Assembly: GCF_004010195.1 (NCBI RefSeq)
Contig: NC_057718.1
Span: 100,961,637-101,025,636 of the forward strand
DNA length: 64,000 bases
From: Chiloscyllium plagiosum
Lineage: Eukaryota
Direction of reading: 5' to 3'
A program made the translations under genes and the position numbers. The notes under the pieces were generated by a model, which did not search any database, was not told the origin of the DNA, and saw nothing but the letters and a program-made list of their open reading frames with translations. Below, piece by piece: positions 47,931-60,485 of this stretch (the first letter of the stretch is position 1; every line of letters begins with the position of its first letter).

Positions 47931-49849
47931 CCGCCTCTTGTTGCGAGTGAGGAAGAGTTACCCTTGGGTAGATTAAAGATACAGGTACTACAGTCTCAAA
48001 GTAGGAGCAGTCTAGAACAGCCTCAAGATTGCAGGGCAGATGCTCAACTCCAGCCACTGTGCAGGCTCATGCCCGTAGAAGTTGGCCCAATCCACAGATA
48101 CAGCAGGACCAGCACAATGCACCTCCCTCCTGTATCGTTCTCATTATCACATTAAGATGATATCAAGACATCCTTAAAATAGAACAAAGAGTTGCGGACG
48201 CTGAAGATCTGAAATAAAAAACAAAACTGCTTGGGAAACCAGCAGGCCCGGCAACACCTACAGATTCCTATCAGGTACCTGTCATGGATGTGATTTCTTA
48301 ATCCATTTTTATGATAAAACATTCCTTTATATACTGTGGCCAACCAGAGAACAGTGCTAGCAGATGCCTGGGTTGATAGGATAAGGCAATATTGCTGCAA
48401 AACAGACTTACCCAGTGGCTGACTTTCTTTATTGTGAGTGTTGTGTAGAAGAATTTTGAGCTACAAGCCAATCCAACTCAGTGCATAAAGGTCTGATTCT
48501 GAGACAGAAGGCCAGGGTTCAAATCCTACCTACTCCAGAGGTGCATTGTAACATGTCTGTCTGATCAGGATGATTAAAAAAATGTCTATAAAGGACTCAT
48601 TCACAACGAGTCATGGTATTGAATTTGGATGAATCTCAAGCTGACTGTGTTCAGATGAATTGGCATCTGTTGTAGAGCTGCAAGAGAACTCCAGTGGTTG
48701 TGCAAGAAAATATGCACTTTGAATGGGAACTACTATGAAAGTTTAGTTTTCTTTTAAGCTGGATATTTTGGGCATTGCTTGATTTGTGTTGCTATCTTAG
48801 TATCATAAATGAATTGAATTATTAGCTTGTTTTGTTAATGAAATTGATTAGAACTTTGATGTATATCTTTAAACTGCAGATTACAGAAGAATCATGTTTT
48901 AACAAGAACTATTTGATGTATTCACTTTAGAGATGATAAGATTAGTAACTAAATGCTTTACAGAGTCCAAATTAAATAGAGTGTTGTAACAAAAATAGGT
49001 TCCGTCACATGCATACAGTGTTATTCTCATTCATTGACTGATCTTGCATAAAGATTTTAGCTTGAAGATCAACTCAGGATTTTGCCAATTTCATTTGCAG
49101 TTTTTAAAGTCTGACAGGAGACTTAACGATTTTAAGTTGTCCATAGAGTTTAGTGTGGAATTGTGCACCTTCAAGCAAAGGTCAGTGATCTTGGAGGTAG
49201 CTTCAAAATGTAAAAGACTGGGTAACCGCCTAATTACCAGGGAATGATTAGTCACTTTGGTACCGCACAATGCAATTTGGAAAATCCAATTGTTCATGAA
49301 AGTCTTAAAGGCTAAAGGTCCACCATCACCACAGGCTAGGGCTCAAACGCATGACATGGCAATTGGCCTTTTTTCCATGAATATTAACAATGCCATCACC
49401 ATCTTCCTGAGTTTATTGCTGCGATCATAGCACTCAGTAAAATCTGTGTTCACTCATAACATGGCTCGATATGAGGAATGCAGAGTGGACCATAATTCAG
49501 AAATTTGCCATTTATTTTCTCACTCCACCCCCCCCTACCCCAACTTGTTTTGGTCACCTTCGATTGAATAACTTTCTTGATGTGTTCAAAAAGTGAGCTG
49601 AATTGAAGGAATTCTGAGTCAGGATTGGCGAGTTTTAGTTTCTCACTGCAAATGAGATTCGGCCTTTAAAGAGCTAATAAGACATAAAATTTTAAAGCAG
49701 TTCATTGACTGGAAAGCCATCAATGCTTGCTGATTTCAACAATGATTACGTGGCAAAATATCCATGAATAAGTTCCTGCGTTGATTCGTAATGATCATTT
49801 ACAGTAATTAACCACAGCAGAACTATTTGGGGATTTGACTGGGTACATG

Positions 49850-50145
49850 TATTCCCTTTTGGGAGAGTCCAGGACTAAGGGGCATAATCTCAGAATAAAG
49901 GGTTGCCTGTTTAAGACAGAGATGAGGAGGTTGTGAATCTGTGGAGCTCTTTACCACAGAGGATTGTTGAGGCTGGGACGTTGAGTATATTCAAGGCTGA
50001 GAGAGACAGATTTTGGATCAGTAAGTGAATCAACGGTTATGAGGAAAAGGCAGGAGAGTGGACTTCAGATTAGCCATGATGTCATTGAATGACAGAGCAG
50101 GCTGGACAGACTGAATGGCCTACTTCTGCAATGTTGTATGGTCAA
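49850..50145 (+). mobile_element. CR1 fam-2 3' fragment
   Basis: gagagtccaggactaaggggcataatctcagaataaagg...gaatggcctact. Confidence 0.75.
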
Positions 50146-50654
50146 ATACAGCTCTATCAACCTCTCTTTTTATATATAAAATGATAAGACTGAAAGCTCA
50201 TTGAGTTTTGTTCATAGTTCAAGTTAATGGGATTCCAATATTCTTTTGAATAGCAGTAGCAACCGAAATGATTCTTTTTTTTGTCAAAGGCCTTTCTAAG
50301 TAATGATGAAAACCCATTCACTTTTGTCTCCAGGGAAAGGTTAAAAAGTCAGCAGAGCACTTGTATGTTGCACGATAACTTGGAGCATTGTGACTGTCCA
50401 TTTGTGGTAACATTAAACTCACATTGTCGAAGTGATTTCTTCTTGAATTACTGTTATGATGATCAAACTTGCCTTTATAAAGTGCCTTATCATGTGGCCA
50501 ACATCTTATATATGCTTCATAAATGAATTACTTATGGAGTGCAGCAAATGAGTAGAAATGGATAAAACCTGCAATATTTTTTATCAGCCCGTGTCCTACT
50601 CAGAGTGGTAGATTGACTGGGCATTGAGACTGTTTTTATGGGGGACTTTTCTCG

Positions 50655-50955
50655 ATCATTCTTGTAACGTGGGTGAACCTGGCTAGGCTGGACTTTATTG
50701 CCCAGCCCTAGTTGTCATTCAAAGTCAACCACATTGCTGAGGGTCTGGAGTCACGTATAGGCCAGACCAGGTAAGGTTAGCAGATTTCCCTGGTGAGTGA
50801 ACCAGGTAGATATTTACAACCGTTGGATTATTCCATATTTTTATTGAACTCCAGTATCAGGATCTGGGCGTGGAGAAATCCAAACCCGTGTCTCCAGAGC
50901 ATTTGGCTTGGATTCTAGCCAATTAGCCGAGTGAGGTTATCACTAAGCCACCACT
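50655..50955 (-). mobile_element. SINE family 2
   Basis: gtcaaccacattgctgagggtctggagtcacgtataggccagaccagg. Confidence 0.7.
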
Positions 50956-51394
50956 TCCTGTCAAGTAATGCTGGGGTTAGCCTTGTTCTGTAAATAGAAT
51001 CTTTTAGTGTCTGCTTGATCGGGGAAGGTTATTGTTGACAAATGCATGATAAAATGAGTGGATGACAAGCAGTGGTTAATGCCAGAATACTGACACCACG
51101 ATCCCAGCCAGGATCGAGCTGATCAGATAATTCCCTCAGTGATCATGTTTGGAGACTGTACAACAGTGATTGACTAGACTGGAACTCAGTTGCATGATTG
51201 ATACCATACACTGACTGCATCATGCTGGAGAAATGCCCAGTTTTTAGTCTCAGGTGGTGCTGCAAGCTCAGTCATGAGTTCCATCACCCATAGTTCATTG
51301 GACTTCATTTTAAATAAACACTGCAAACTTTATGAAGTGTCGCATTCTGTTTAAGAAAAGATATTTGCCAGGCTGCTGGGAAAATTTGGGAAGT

Positions 51395-51705
51395 CTGTGG
51401 TGTGGTGGACTAGTAATTCCAAATCCCCCGCTAATGTTCTGGGAACATGCGTTGGATCCCCCCATAGCAGATGGTGAAAGTTAAATTCAAGCAAACAAAA
51501 TCTTGAATATAAATGTCACATGATGACAAATATGTAATGACTATCGATTGCGTAAAGACTAATGTCTTTGAGGGAAGGAAATCTGCCATCCTTACCTGGT
51601 CTGGCTTCCATGCAATTCCAGATAATTTGGCTGACTCTTAACTACCCTATGGGCAACAAATGCTAACCTAGTCAGCAATGCCCGAATCTTGAGAATGAAT
51701 AGATC
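51395..51705 (+). mobile_element. SINE family 2
   Basis: gggaaggaaatctgccatccttacctggtctggc core and tail. Confidence 0.7.
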
Positions 51706-52224
51706 AAAACTAGGTGAGAAGCTCTTGCAGAAAGCCAACATTGTTTGGAAAGGGCTGAATAACCACCTTCTATGCTCTGGCAGTTCTATGATAAATGGAT
51801 CCTGATTGATGAGTACATAGACTTTGCTACAATTGAGACTATTTGCTGTGGGTTCTGCTCATTGCTTGGCACAGTGGTTTCAATAGACATTGGAAATTAT
51901 CGATGAAAAGGCATCTCAAGCTTCACTTGTAGCTCACCTCTGGCACAGTGGACTGTTTGATTTTATGTTCAGTAGCACCAGATGACTGCAGTTTCATCGC
52001 TAACTTGTAGTTGTTTGAAGATTTCATCTGAGGCAGTGCTGGGGTTGCCCCATATCCATCAGTGCACTAAGGGAGGAGGATATCACTCAGGATGTCTATT
52101 GCTGATGACGATAAAGTGCAGTGGCACATTGCAGATCAATCAACAAAACAACACCTCACTTGTACTTCGATTTTACAAACTGCTTAATCAACAGAGAAAT
52201 CACATTATTTTTCTTTGATCAATC

Positions 52225-52430
52225 TTTGGTTGAGCCAGCATTTATTGCTCATACCAAATTTTCCAGAGGGCCGTTAAGAGTCAACCACATTGCTGTGGGT
52301 CTGGAGTCACATGTAGGCCAGACCAGGTAAGGATGGCACTTTCCTTCCCTCAATGGCATTAGTGAATCCGACTTTTTTTTCTGACCATCGGCAATGGACT
52401 CATGACCATCATCGGAAAGCCCTTCTTCAT
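52225..52430 (-). mobile_element. SINE family 2 fragment
   Basis: gagtcaaccacattgctgtgggtctggagtcacatgtaggccagacc. Confidence 0.75.
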
Positions 52431-52668
52431 TTAACTCCATTAGTAGATTTTTCTATTCCGTTCACGCTCACATGTTATCTGTGTTTCCATTATGTGCATA
52501 ATTGCTTTACGCCTCAAACACTTCCTGTGGTAACAAGTTCCATGTTCTTTTTAGGTCGAGAAATTTCATTCCCTATTAAACTTATCCCCTAATTAAGGTC
52601 CTTGTTTTTGGGTCTCCTACTGGTGGAGAGACCTCTGTGTCTACACCAACAGTATCTTTAAGAATTGT

Positions 52669-52922
52669 CATGATTTGGAGATGCCGGTGTTGGACTGGGG
52701 TGTACAAAGTTAAAAATCACACAACATCAGGCTATAGTCCAACGGGTTTAATTGGAAGCAATAACTTTCAGAGCGATGCACCTTCATCAGGTGGTTGTGG
52801 AAAATAAGATTACAAGTTCTGTGTTATATACCACAACCACCTGATGAAGGAGCGGCGCTTCGAAAGCTAGTGCTTCCAATTAAACCTGTTGGACTATAAC
52901 CTGGTGTTGTGTGATTTTTAAC
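52669..52922. mobile_element. Fold-back PLE family B element with 12-bp TSD
   Basis: TSD tttaagaattgt (52657-52668, 52923-52934). About 90-bp inverted arms 52708-52800 / 52831-52922. Confidence 0.9.
52838..52872 (+). ncRNA. Minimal hammerhead ribozyme motif (PLE family B)
   Basis: cac CUGAUGA a ggagc ggc gcuuc GAAA gc UA gug. Confidence 0.72.
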
Positions 52923-52981
52923 TTTAAGAATTGTGCATTCTTCAACGAAATCATCCCTTATCCATCGAAACCTTGGAGAAT

Positions 52982-53300
52982 ATTAGATTGGATTAGATTC
53001 CCTACAGTGTGGAAATAGGCCCTTCTGTCCAACAAGTCCACACCGACCCTCTGAAAAGTAACCCACTCAGATCCATTTCCCTCTGACTAATGCACCTAAC
53101 ACTACGGGCAGTTTAGCCTGGCCAATTCACCTAACCTGCACATCTTTGGATTGTGGGAGGAAAGCAGAGCACCCGAAGAAAACCCACGCAGACACGCGGA
53201 GAATGTGCAAACTCCACACAGACAGTCGCCTGAGGGTGGGACAGTACCCGGGTCCCTGGTGCTGTGAGGCAGCAGTGCGAACCATTGACCCACCGTTGCC
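52982..53300 (-). mobile_element. HE1 SINE
   Basis: Full pattern on the minus strand. Confidence 0.9.
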
Positions 53301-53402
53301 ACTCCATTTTCTGAGTGGACCAAAACCCTTCCTCACTGGATACCCTACTTAGCTGAAGAATCAGGCAGGTTAATCTTTGTTCCATATCCTGAAAGGAGTG
53401 GC

Positions 53403-53520
53403 AGATATTTTCCAATCAACCTGCTCAGAGATGTTATGACCCACCTCTGGATCAGGTGGACCTTGAACACAGGCCTCCTGCTCCAGAGGTAGTGGCACTC
53501 CCATTGTGTCACAAAATCCT
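53403..53520 (-). mobile_element. Short (~120 bp) tRNA-derived SINE-like repeat
   Basis: Minus-strand A box tgacacaatgg and B box tgttcaaggtcc. Similar copies at 48478-48590 (+), 34155-34270 (-) and the split copy 29287-29860 (+). Confidence 0.55.
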
Positions 53521-53671
53521 TTCAAGACCACTGTATCCTTCCTTAGTTAAGATAACCAAATCTCAGCACAGGTCAACGTAAAAGACATGGAAGAGCTCAG
53601 GAAAGTAAAATCAAAAGCATGTGAATTGCTGCTGAATTGCTAAGATTATAAAATCTAATCCAGTTTTGTTA

Positions 53672-54135
53672 GACTTGAAAGGGTTCAGAAAAGATTTACA
53701 AGGATATTGCCAGGGTTGGAGAGTTTGAGCTAGAGGGAGAGGCTGAATAGGCTGGGGCTATTTTCCCTGAAACGTCGGAGGCTGAGGTTTATAAAATCAT
53801 GAGGGGCATGGATAAGGTGAATAGTCAAGGTCTTTCTTCAAGTGTAGGGGAGTCCATAGGTTTAAGGTGAGAGGGGAAAGATTTAAAAGGCACCTGAAGA
53901 GCAACTTTTTCACACAGAAGGTGGTGCATGAATGGCATGAGCTGCCACAGGAAGTGGTGGAGGCCGACACAATTACAATGTTGAAAAGGCATCTGGATGG
54001 GTACATGACTAGGAAGGATTTAGAGGGAAATGGCCCAAATGCTGGCAAATGGGACTAGATTAATTTAGGATATCTGGTCAGCATGGACGAGTTGGACCAA
54101 AGGGTCTGTTTCCATGCTGTACATCTCTATGACTC
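53672..54135 (+). mobile_element. CR1 (HER1-like) 3' fragment
   Basis: RGERFKRHLKSNFFTQKVV...; tail present. Confidence 0.9.
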
Positions 54136-54929
54136 AGTGCCATCTGTAGCAGTTTATAGCGGTATCAGCAGTGCAAATACAAAGAATCCTTTGGCATGGT
54201 TCCATAACTTGAAGCATTTGTATTCTAAAGATAGGTGGTAGTGCGAGATCTCCACTTGATTATCATTGGTGAAGATCACAGCAACTCAGCTTTTAGAGCC
54301 AATATCTGTCAGTGTTTTCCTCATCAATTCTGTGGAAATCCATGTTCAGGAATCAATCCATGCATCGGATGGGAGGTGGAGGGGAAAGGGGAAAACTACT
54401 GTTTTAAATAGCCTGGAATCAAATAGCGTGTGTGTCTTTCTGATTCCTCATTTCACTTTTACAGTCTCTCATGAGGGAGCTGGCAAAAAAACTGTTTATT
54501 CAATGTAATGCTTTCATTCATAAATAAAAAATGGCTTGTAGATATCCACGCAGTGTAGGGAATTCTAATGAGTTTCTCTTTGTAAAGTACAAGTCTGATT
54601 GCTTTATTTATTTATGCTAAGAAGACGGCTGAGTTTGTCTGCTTGTAATAAAAGGGTGTTTAAGTGTAACCAGAGTAGAGTTTGAATGTTGAGATCAATC
54701 ATTACTCCTTTCCAGTTTCTGAATGCATGGTATTTAGCAAATGAAGTCATTGTGAAATATGATTTCAGGTTATATTTTCCAAAAAAAAACCTTCTGTCGG
54801 TAGGTTGTGCTGTGGATTTCATCCTTAGACCTTCTGTGTTAGTGTTTGGAAAGCTGCCTCCTTGCCTTATCTTTGCTTGGTCAAAAATCAGACGAGGTCA
54901 GGTTATAATCCAACAGATTTATTTGAAAT

Positions 54930-54964
54930 CACGAGCTTTCGGAGCGCTGCCCCTTCCTCAGGTG
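54930..54964 (-). ncRNA. Minimal hammerhead ribozyme motif (PLE family B variant)
   Basis: Reverse complement: cac CUGAGGA a ggggc agc gcucc GAAA gc UC gug. Confidence 0.7.
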
Positions 54965-55105
54965 AAGTGAGGGAGAAGCGCACAGGCACAGAGTAAATAG
55001 GCAGAGAGATCAATGGCGAGGGAGATCAAAAGATCAAACAAATGATGTGAGTATAATGTTGACAGGATGAATAATAGGTCTCTGCAGGTGATCTAAAATG
55101 TCAGA

Positions 55106-56705
55106 AGAAAGATACTAAATGAGTTTTTCATCAGTATTTGCTGTGGAAAAGGATATGGACGATATAGACTGTAGGGAAATAGATGGTGACATCTTGCAAA
55201 ATATCCATGTTACAGAGGGGGAAATGCTGGATGTCTTGAAACGGGTAAAGGTGGATAAATCCCTTGGACCTGATCAGGTGTACCCTAGAACTCTGTGGGA
55301 AGCTAGAGAAGTGATTGCTGGGCCTCTTGCTGAGATATTTGTATCATCGATAGTCACAGGTGATGTGCCGGAAGACTGGAGGTTGTCTAACGTGGTGCCA
55401 CTATAAAGAAGGGTGGTAAAGACAAGCCAGGGAACTATAGACCAGTGAGCCTGACGTCAGTGGTGGGCATGTTGTTGGAGGGAATCCTGAGGGACATGAT
55501 GTACTTGTATTTGGAAAGGCAAGGACTGATTCGGGATAGTCAACATGACTTTGTGCGTGGGAAATCATGTCTCACAAACTTAATTGAGTTTTTTGAAGAA
55601 GTAACAAAGAGGATTGTTGAGGGCAGAGCAGTAGATGTGATCTATATGGACTTCAGTAAGGCCTTCGGCAAAGTTCCCCATGGGACACTGGTTAGCAAGG
55701 TTAGACCTCACGGCATATAGTGAGAACTAGCCATTTGGATACAGAACTGGCTCAAAGGTAGAAGACAGAGGGTGGTGGTGGAGGGTTGTTTTTCAGACTG
55801 GAGGCCTGTGCCCAGGGAGTGCCACAAGGATCGGCGCTGGGTCCTCTACTTTTTGTCATTTACATAAATGATTTGGATGCGAGCATAAGAGGTACAGTTA
55901 GTAAGTTTGCAGATGACACCAAAATTAGAAGTGTAGTGGACAGCGAAGAGGGTTACCCCAGATTACAACCGGATCTTGACCAGATGGGCCAATGCGCTGA
56001 GAAGTGGCAGATGGGGTTTAATTCAGATAAATGCGAGGTGCTGCATTTTGAGAAAGCAAATCAGAGCAGGACTTATACACTTAATGGTAAGGTCCTAGGG
56101 CGTATTGAGTACAGGAGTTGGGAGGTCATGTTGCGGCTGTACAGGACATTGGTTAGGCCACTGTTGGAATATTGCGTGCAATCCTGGTCTCCTTCTTATT
56201 GGAAGAATGTTGTGAAACTTGAAAGGGTTCAGAAACAATTTACAAGGATGTTGCCAGGGCTGGAGGATTTGAGCTAAAGGTAGAGGCTGAACAGGCTGGG
56301 GCTGTTTTTCTGCAGCGTCGGAATCTGAAAGATGACCTTGTAGAGGTTTACAAAATTATAAGGGATATGGATAGGGTAAATAGGCAAAGTCTTTTCCCTG
56401 GGGTCGGGAAGTCCAGAATTAGAGAGCATAGGTTTAGGGTGAGAGGGAAAAGATATAAAAGAGATCTATGTAGCAACTTTTTCACACAGAGGGTGGTATG
56501 TGTATGGAATGAGCTATCAGAGGAAGTGGTAGAGGCTGGTACAATTGCAACATTCAAGAAGCATTTGGATGGGTATATGAATAGGAAGGGTTTGGAGGGT
56601 AGCGGGCCGGGTGCTGGCAGGTGGGACTAGATTGGGTTGGGATATCTGGTCAGCATGGGTTGGACCAAAGGGCCTGTTTCCATGCTGTACATCTCTTTGA
56701 CTCTA
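55106..56705 (+). mobile_element. CR1 (HER1-like) ORF2 RT remnant, 1.6 kb, stops/frameshifts, internal deletion near 56100
   Basis: PEDWRLSNVVPL, GKSCLTNLIEFF, IYMDFSKAF, GVPQGSALGPLLF, SKFADDTKI. Confidence 0.93.
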
Positions 56706-56761
56706 TATGAGTAAAGTCAATAAGGATGGTAAGCAAGATAATCGACTTTTCAGGTATAAGC

Positions 56762-56893
56762 CATTCCTGATAAAGGGCTTATGCTCAAAATGTTGATTCT
56801 CCTGCTCCTCAGATGCTGCTTGACCTGTTGTGCTTTTCCAGCGCTACCCTTTTCAACCCTGACTCTTCAGCATCTGCAGTCCTCATTTTCTCC
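56762..56893 (+). mobile_element. Short PLE family A pLTR insert
   Basis: Starts attcctgataaagggcttatgctc (degenerate hammerhead) and ends ttttctcc. Confidence 0.8.
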
Positions 56894-57309
56894 AAGATGT
56901 CAGTCAAGTATCAACAGCTGTATAACGAGCGCAGGGATGTCCTATAATCTGATTAAATGAGCAGCGAGCGATAATGACAAAAAATTAAAAATAAGATAGT
57001 GCTGGAGACAAACCAACTAACTGGAATAACATCGCAGGTATGATGGACAGCCCATCATATCCAGCAATGTGGGGACCCTGTGTGAGAACCTCTCTGGCTA
57101 TGTTGAGAATTGTTACCCACCACTCTATCTGTATGACCACCTCATAGTTCCTCAGTGGTTATCAATTACACAAATATGTGGTTGCAGTTTTGTTCGTATC
57201 CTACCTTTGGTTGAACCAGTGGAATGTAATGTACATCCAGGATCAGACCATTGGTAGTTTAGTTCAATAAAATCACAGACTCAAGAAGAAGTATTTCACA
57301 GTCAAATTA

Positions 57310-58550
57310 ACCTTTTTTATTCATTTGTGGGATGTAGGCATAGCGGGCTGGGCTAGCATTAATTGTCCGTCCCTAGTTACCCCTGAGCAGCTGGGGGTGA
57401 GCTGCCATCTTGAACTGCTGCAATTCATGCACTATCCATAGATCCACAATGTCATTATGGAAGGAGTTCCAGGATTTTGGCCTAACAATGCTGAATGAAT
57501 GGTGATATAGTTCCAAGTCAGAATGGTTGTAAACATATTCATGTTGAGATAGACAGGTTTTTAATCAGGAAGGGAATTAAGAGTTATTGCGAAAAGGCAG
57601 GAAAGTAATATTGAGGATTATTAGATCTGCCGTGAGGTAATTGAATAGCAGAGCAGACTCGATGGGCTGAATAGCCCACGTCTGATTCAAACATCTTCTG
57701 GTCTGATATGAGTGGTTCGGAGGGGAACCATGTACCTGCTGTCCTTGTTCTTCCAGATGGTAGTGGCCGCAGGTTTGGAAGGCACTGCTGAAGGCACCTG
57801 GCTGAATCTCTGCAGAGCACCTTGTAGATATTACACACTGCTGCTACTGAGCATCACTAGTGGAAGGACTGGATGTGTGTGGATCTGGTGCCAATTAAGC
57901 TGGTCACTTTGTCCTGGATGGTGTCACATTTTTTGTGTGATGTTGGAGCTGCACCCATCCAGGGCAAGTGGGGAGTATTCCATCACACTCCTGATTGTGC
58001 CTTGTAGATGGTGGACAGGCTTTGGGGAGTCAGGAGGTGTGTTAGTTATCCTCTGATCTGCTATTACAGCCACAATATTGACTTGACCGGTTGAGTTTCT
58101 GGTCAATGGTAACCCCCAGGATGTCGATAGGGGGGACTCAGTGATGGTAACTTCATTGAATGTCAAGAGGTGATAATTAGATCATGTCTTATTAGAGATG
58201 GTCAGTGCATGGCATTTGTGTGTCATGAATGCTATTTGCCACTATTCAGCCCAAGCCTGGATATGCTCCAGGTCTTTCTACATTTCGACACGGACAGCTT
58301 CAGTAACTGACAAGTCACAAATGGTGCTAAACATTGTGCAATCATTGGCAAGTATCCCCACTTCTGACCTAATGATGGAGGGAAGGTTGGACCAAGGACA
58401 AGACCCTGAGGAACCCCTGTCCTGGAGCTGGCACAACAGACGTCCAGCAATCAGAGGAATCTTCATATGTGTCAGCTCCATCTGACTCCAAGCAGTGGAG
58501 AGTTTTACTCTGATTCCAATTGACTCCAGTTTTGCCTGGTCTCCTTGATG
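57310..58550 (-). mobile_element. CR1 fam-3 RT/3' remnant interrupted by a CR1 fam-2 tail (+, ~57530-57700)
   Basis: GVPQGLVLGP, IIRSEVGILANDCTMFSTI, IRSVMEYSPLA. Confidence 0.8.
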
Positions 58551-58765
58551 AAGCTAAAGCTATTCTGAGGTTACTTCAGATCGTTTTCTGGAATGGCACA
58601 ATTACTAAACCCGCCCCCAATTAGTTCTCTCTGTAATGTGAAAGCAGCCCTCTGGACGATGGTGATTTTACCTTTGCATCACCAGATAGAGAAAATTAAA
58701 AGCTGCGTTGGGCCGAAATTCTTCTCTGAAGAAATGGTGAATATTTTGAATAATTTGCCAAATTT

Positions 58766-59122
58766 GGATGGCACATTGGCTCAGTGGTTAACACTGCTGC
58801 CTCACAGTGCCACAGTCCCGGGTTCAATTCCACCCTCGGGTGAATGTTTGTGTGGAGTTTGCACATTCTCTCCGTGTCTGCGTGGGTTTCCTCCGGGTGC
58901 TCCAGTTTCCTCCTAGCCTACCCTACCCTCCAAAGATGTGCAGGGTAGGGTAGATTGACCACGCTAAATTGCCCATTGTGTTCAGGGATGTGCAGGCTAG
59001 GTGGATTGGCCATGGGAAATTCAGGGTTACAAGGATAGGGTGGGTCTGGGTGGGATACTCTTCAGAGCATCAGTGCGGACTCGATAGGCTGAATGGCCTG
59101 CTTCAATTCTGTAGGGATTCTG
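58766..59122 (+). mobile_element. HE1 SINE
   Basis: A/B boxes, V-domain and tail. Confidence 0.9.
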
Positions 59123-60172
59123 AGATGGAATGAAACAATGAAGATTGAGGCAAAACAATTGAGATGGTTCAAAATATAATTTATTGCCAAGTTGGGAAAG
59201 TTGAGGAATAACAGCAAGAGGGGTCAGACAGCACTCTACAAAACATAACTAAAGCTCCACTGATACCTTTTGTCTTACCATGAATTTTTCTTGAGTACGT
59301 TCCTATGGAATCAACAGGAATTAAAGATTGATCTCCTGGGCAGGACTGTGAGTGGCATGCAACGGTGAACAGAAAATCTGAGGCGGGAAGATTAGCTGCT
59401 TGACTGATGGTCAGAATTGGCAGAGGGAAGGCAAGGATGAGCATGTTGGCTGTCCACGGGTGGCAATGTGGGAGGGGCATGCAGATTGGAGGCAAGCGGT
59501 CGCATGAGGTAACCCCAGGGATGCATCCGGCATGAGCTGGCGTTCCTGGGTGCGGGGGACAGAGCATGAGGGAGAGGGCGACTAATTTGCATTGAAGCTT
59601 TGGCAATTAAAATGGAGGGTGGGGCGTGGCTGCGAGCGGTCACACTAAGGAATCTGTGGGAGAGGTTCTTGACCATGTGACTCCAGGTGAAAGTCAACCC
59701 TGCTATTTTCCACTTTGAGAATTTATTCGACAACCACAGGACTTAGTGGTGTATGATTGAGCAATATGTAAGATCTTCGTGATAGAGAGATGAGTATTAG
59801 TAGGGACAAATTGGCTTTTTTTATAAACCAATCCTGACTTTTCTTAACATCCTTTGCTTGACTTTAGTCCTGCAGGTTTGGCTTTTTGTTGCAGGCTCAT
59901 CGTTCATTCTATGTAAATGCAGCAGCTGCGTGGGAAATTTTAATGGCTGAAGGAGAAGCATTTGATTTCCATTACGATACATAATCTGAACGGCCTGTTC
60001 TTGTAAATTGGATTGTGAAGTTAAATTCAGCACAGCACCACATCATTGTGACTTCAGTTTCATTATCTGTAGCATTGAAAATGTAATGTATTGTTGGCAA
60101 AATACTACACGTATCTGATAAATCAAAATTTGATATCAGGGAAGTCTTTGAAAAAACATTAGTGGTTTCAGA

Positions 60173-60485
60173 GATTAGATTAGATTACTTAGTGTGGAAA
60201 CTGGCCCTTTGGCCCAACAAGTCCACACTGACCCGCCGAAGCGCAACCCACCCATACCCCTACGTTTACCCTTTACCTAACACTATGGGGCAATTTAGCA
60301 TGGCCAATTCACCTGACCTGCACATCTTTGGACTGTGGGAGAAAACCGGAGCACCCGGAGGAAACCCACACAGACACGGGGAGAATGTGCAAACTCCACA
60401 CAATCAGTCACCTGAGGCGGGAATTGAACCCAGGTCTCTGACGCTGTGAGGCAGCAGTGCTAACCACTGTGCCACCGTGCCGCCC
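60173..60485 (-). mobile_element. HE1 SINE, full length, little decayed
   Basis: Ends gccaccgtgccgccc; (attag)n tail. Confidence 0.93.

Larger units (their letters stand above)
54880..57045 (-). mobile_element. PLE family B 3' region (54880-55105, probably resuming ~56706-57045), interrupted by a CR1 and a PLE family A insert
   Basis: 54880-55105 matches 29080-29285. The distal continuation is less certain. Confidence 0.55.
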
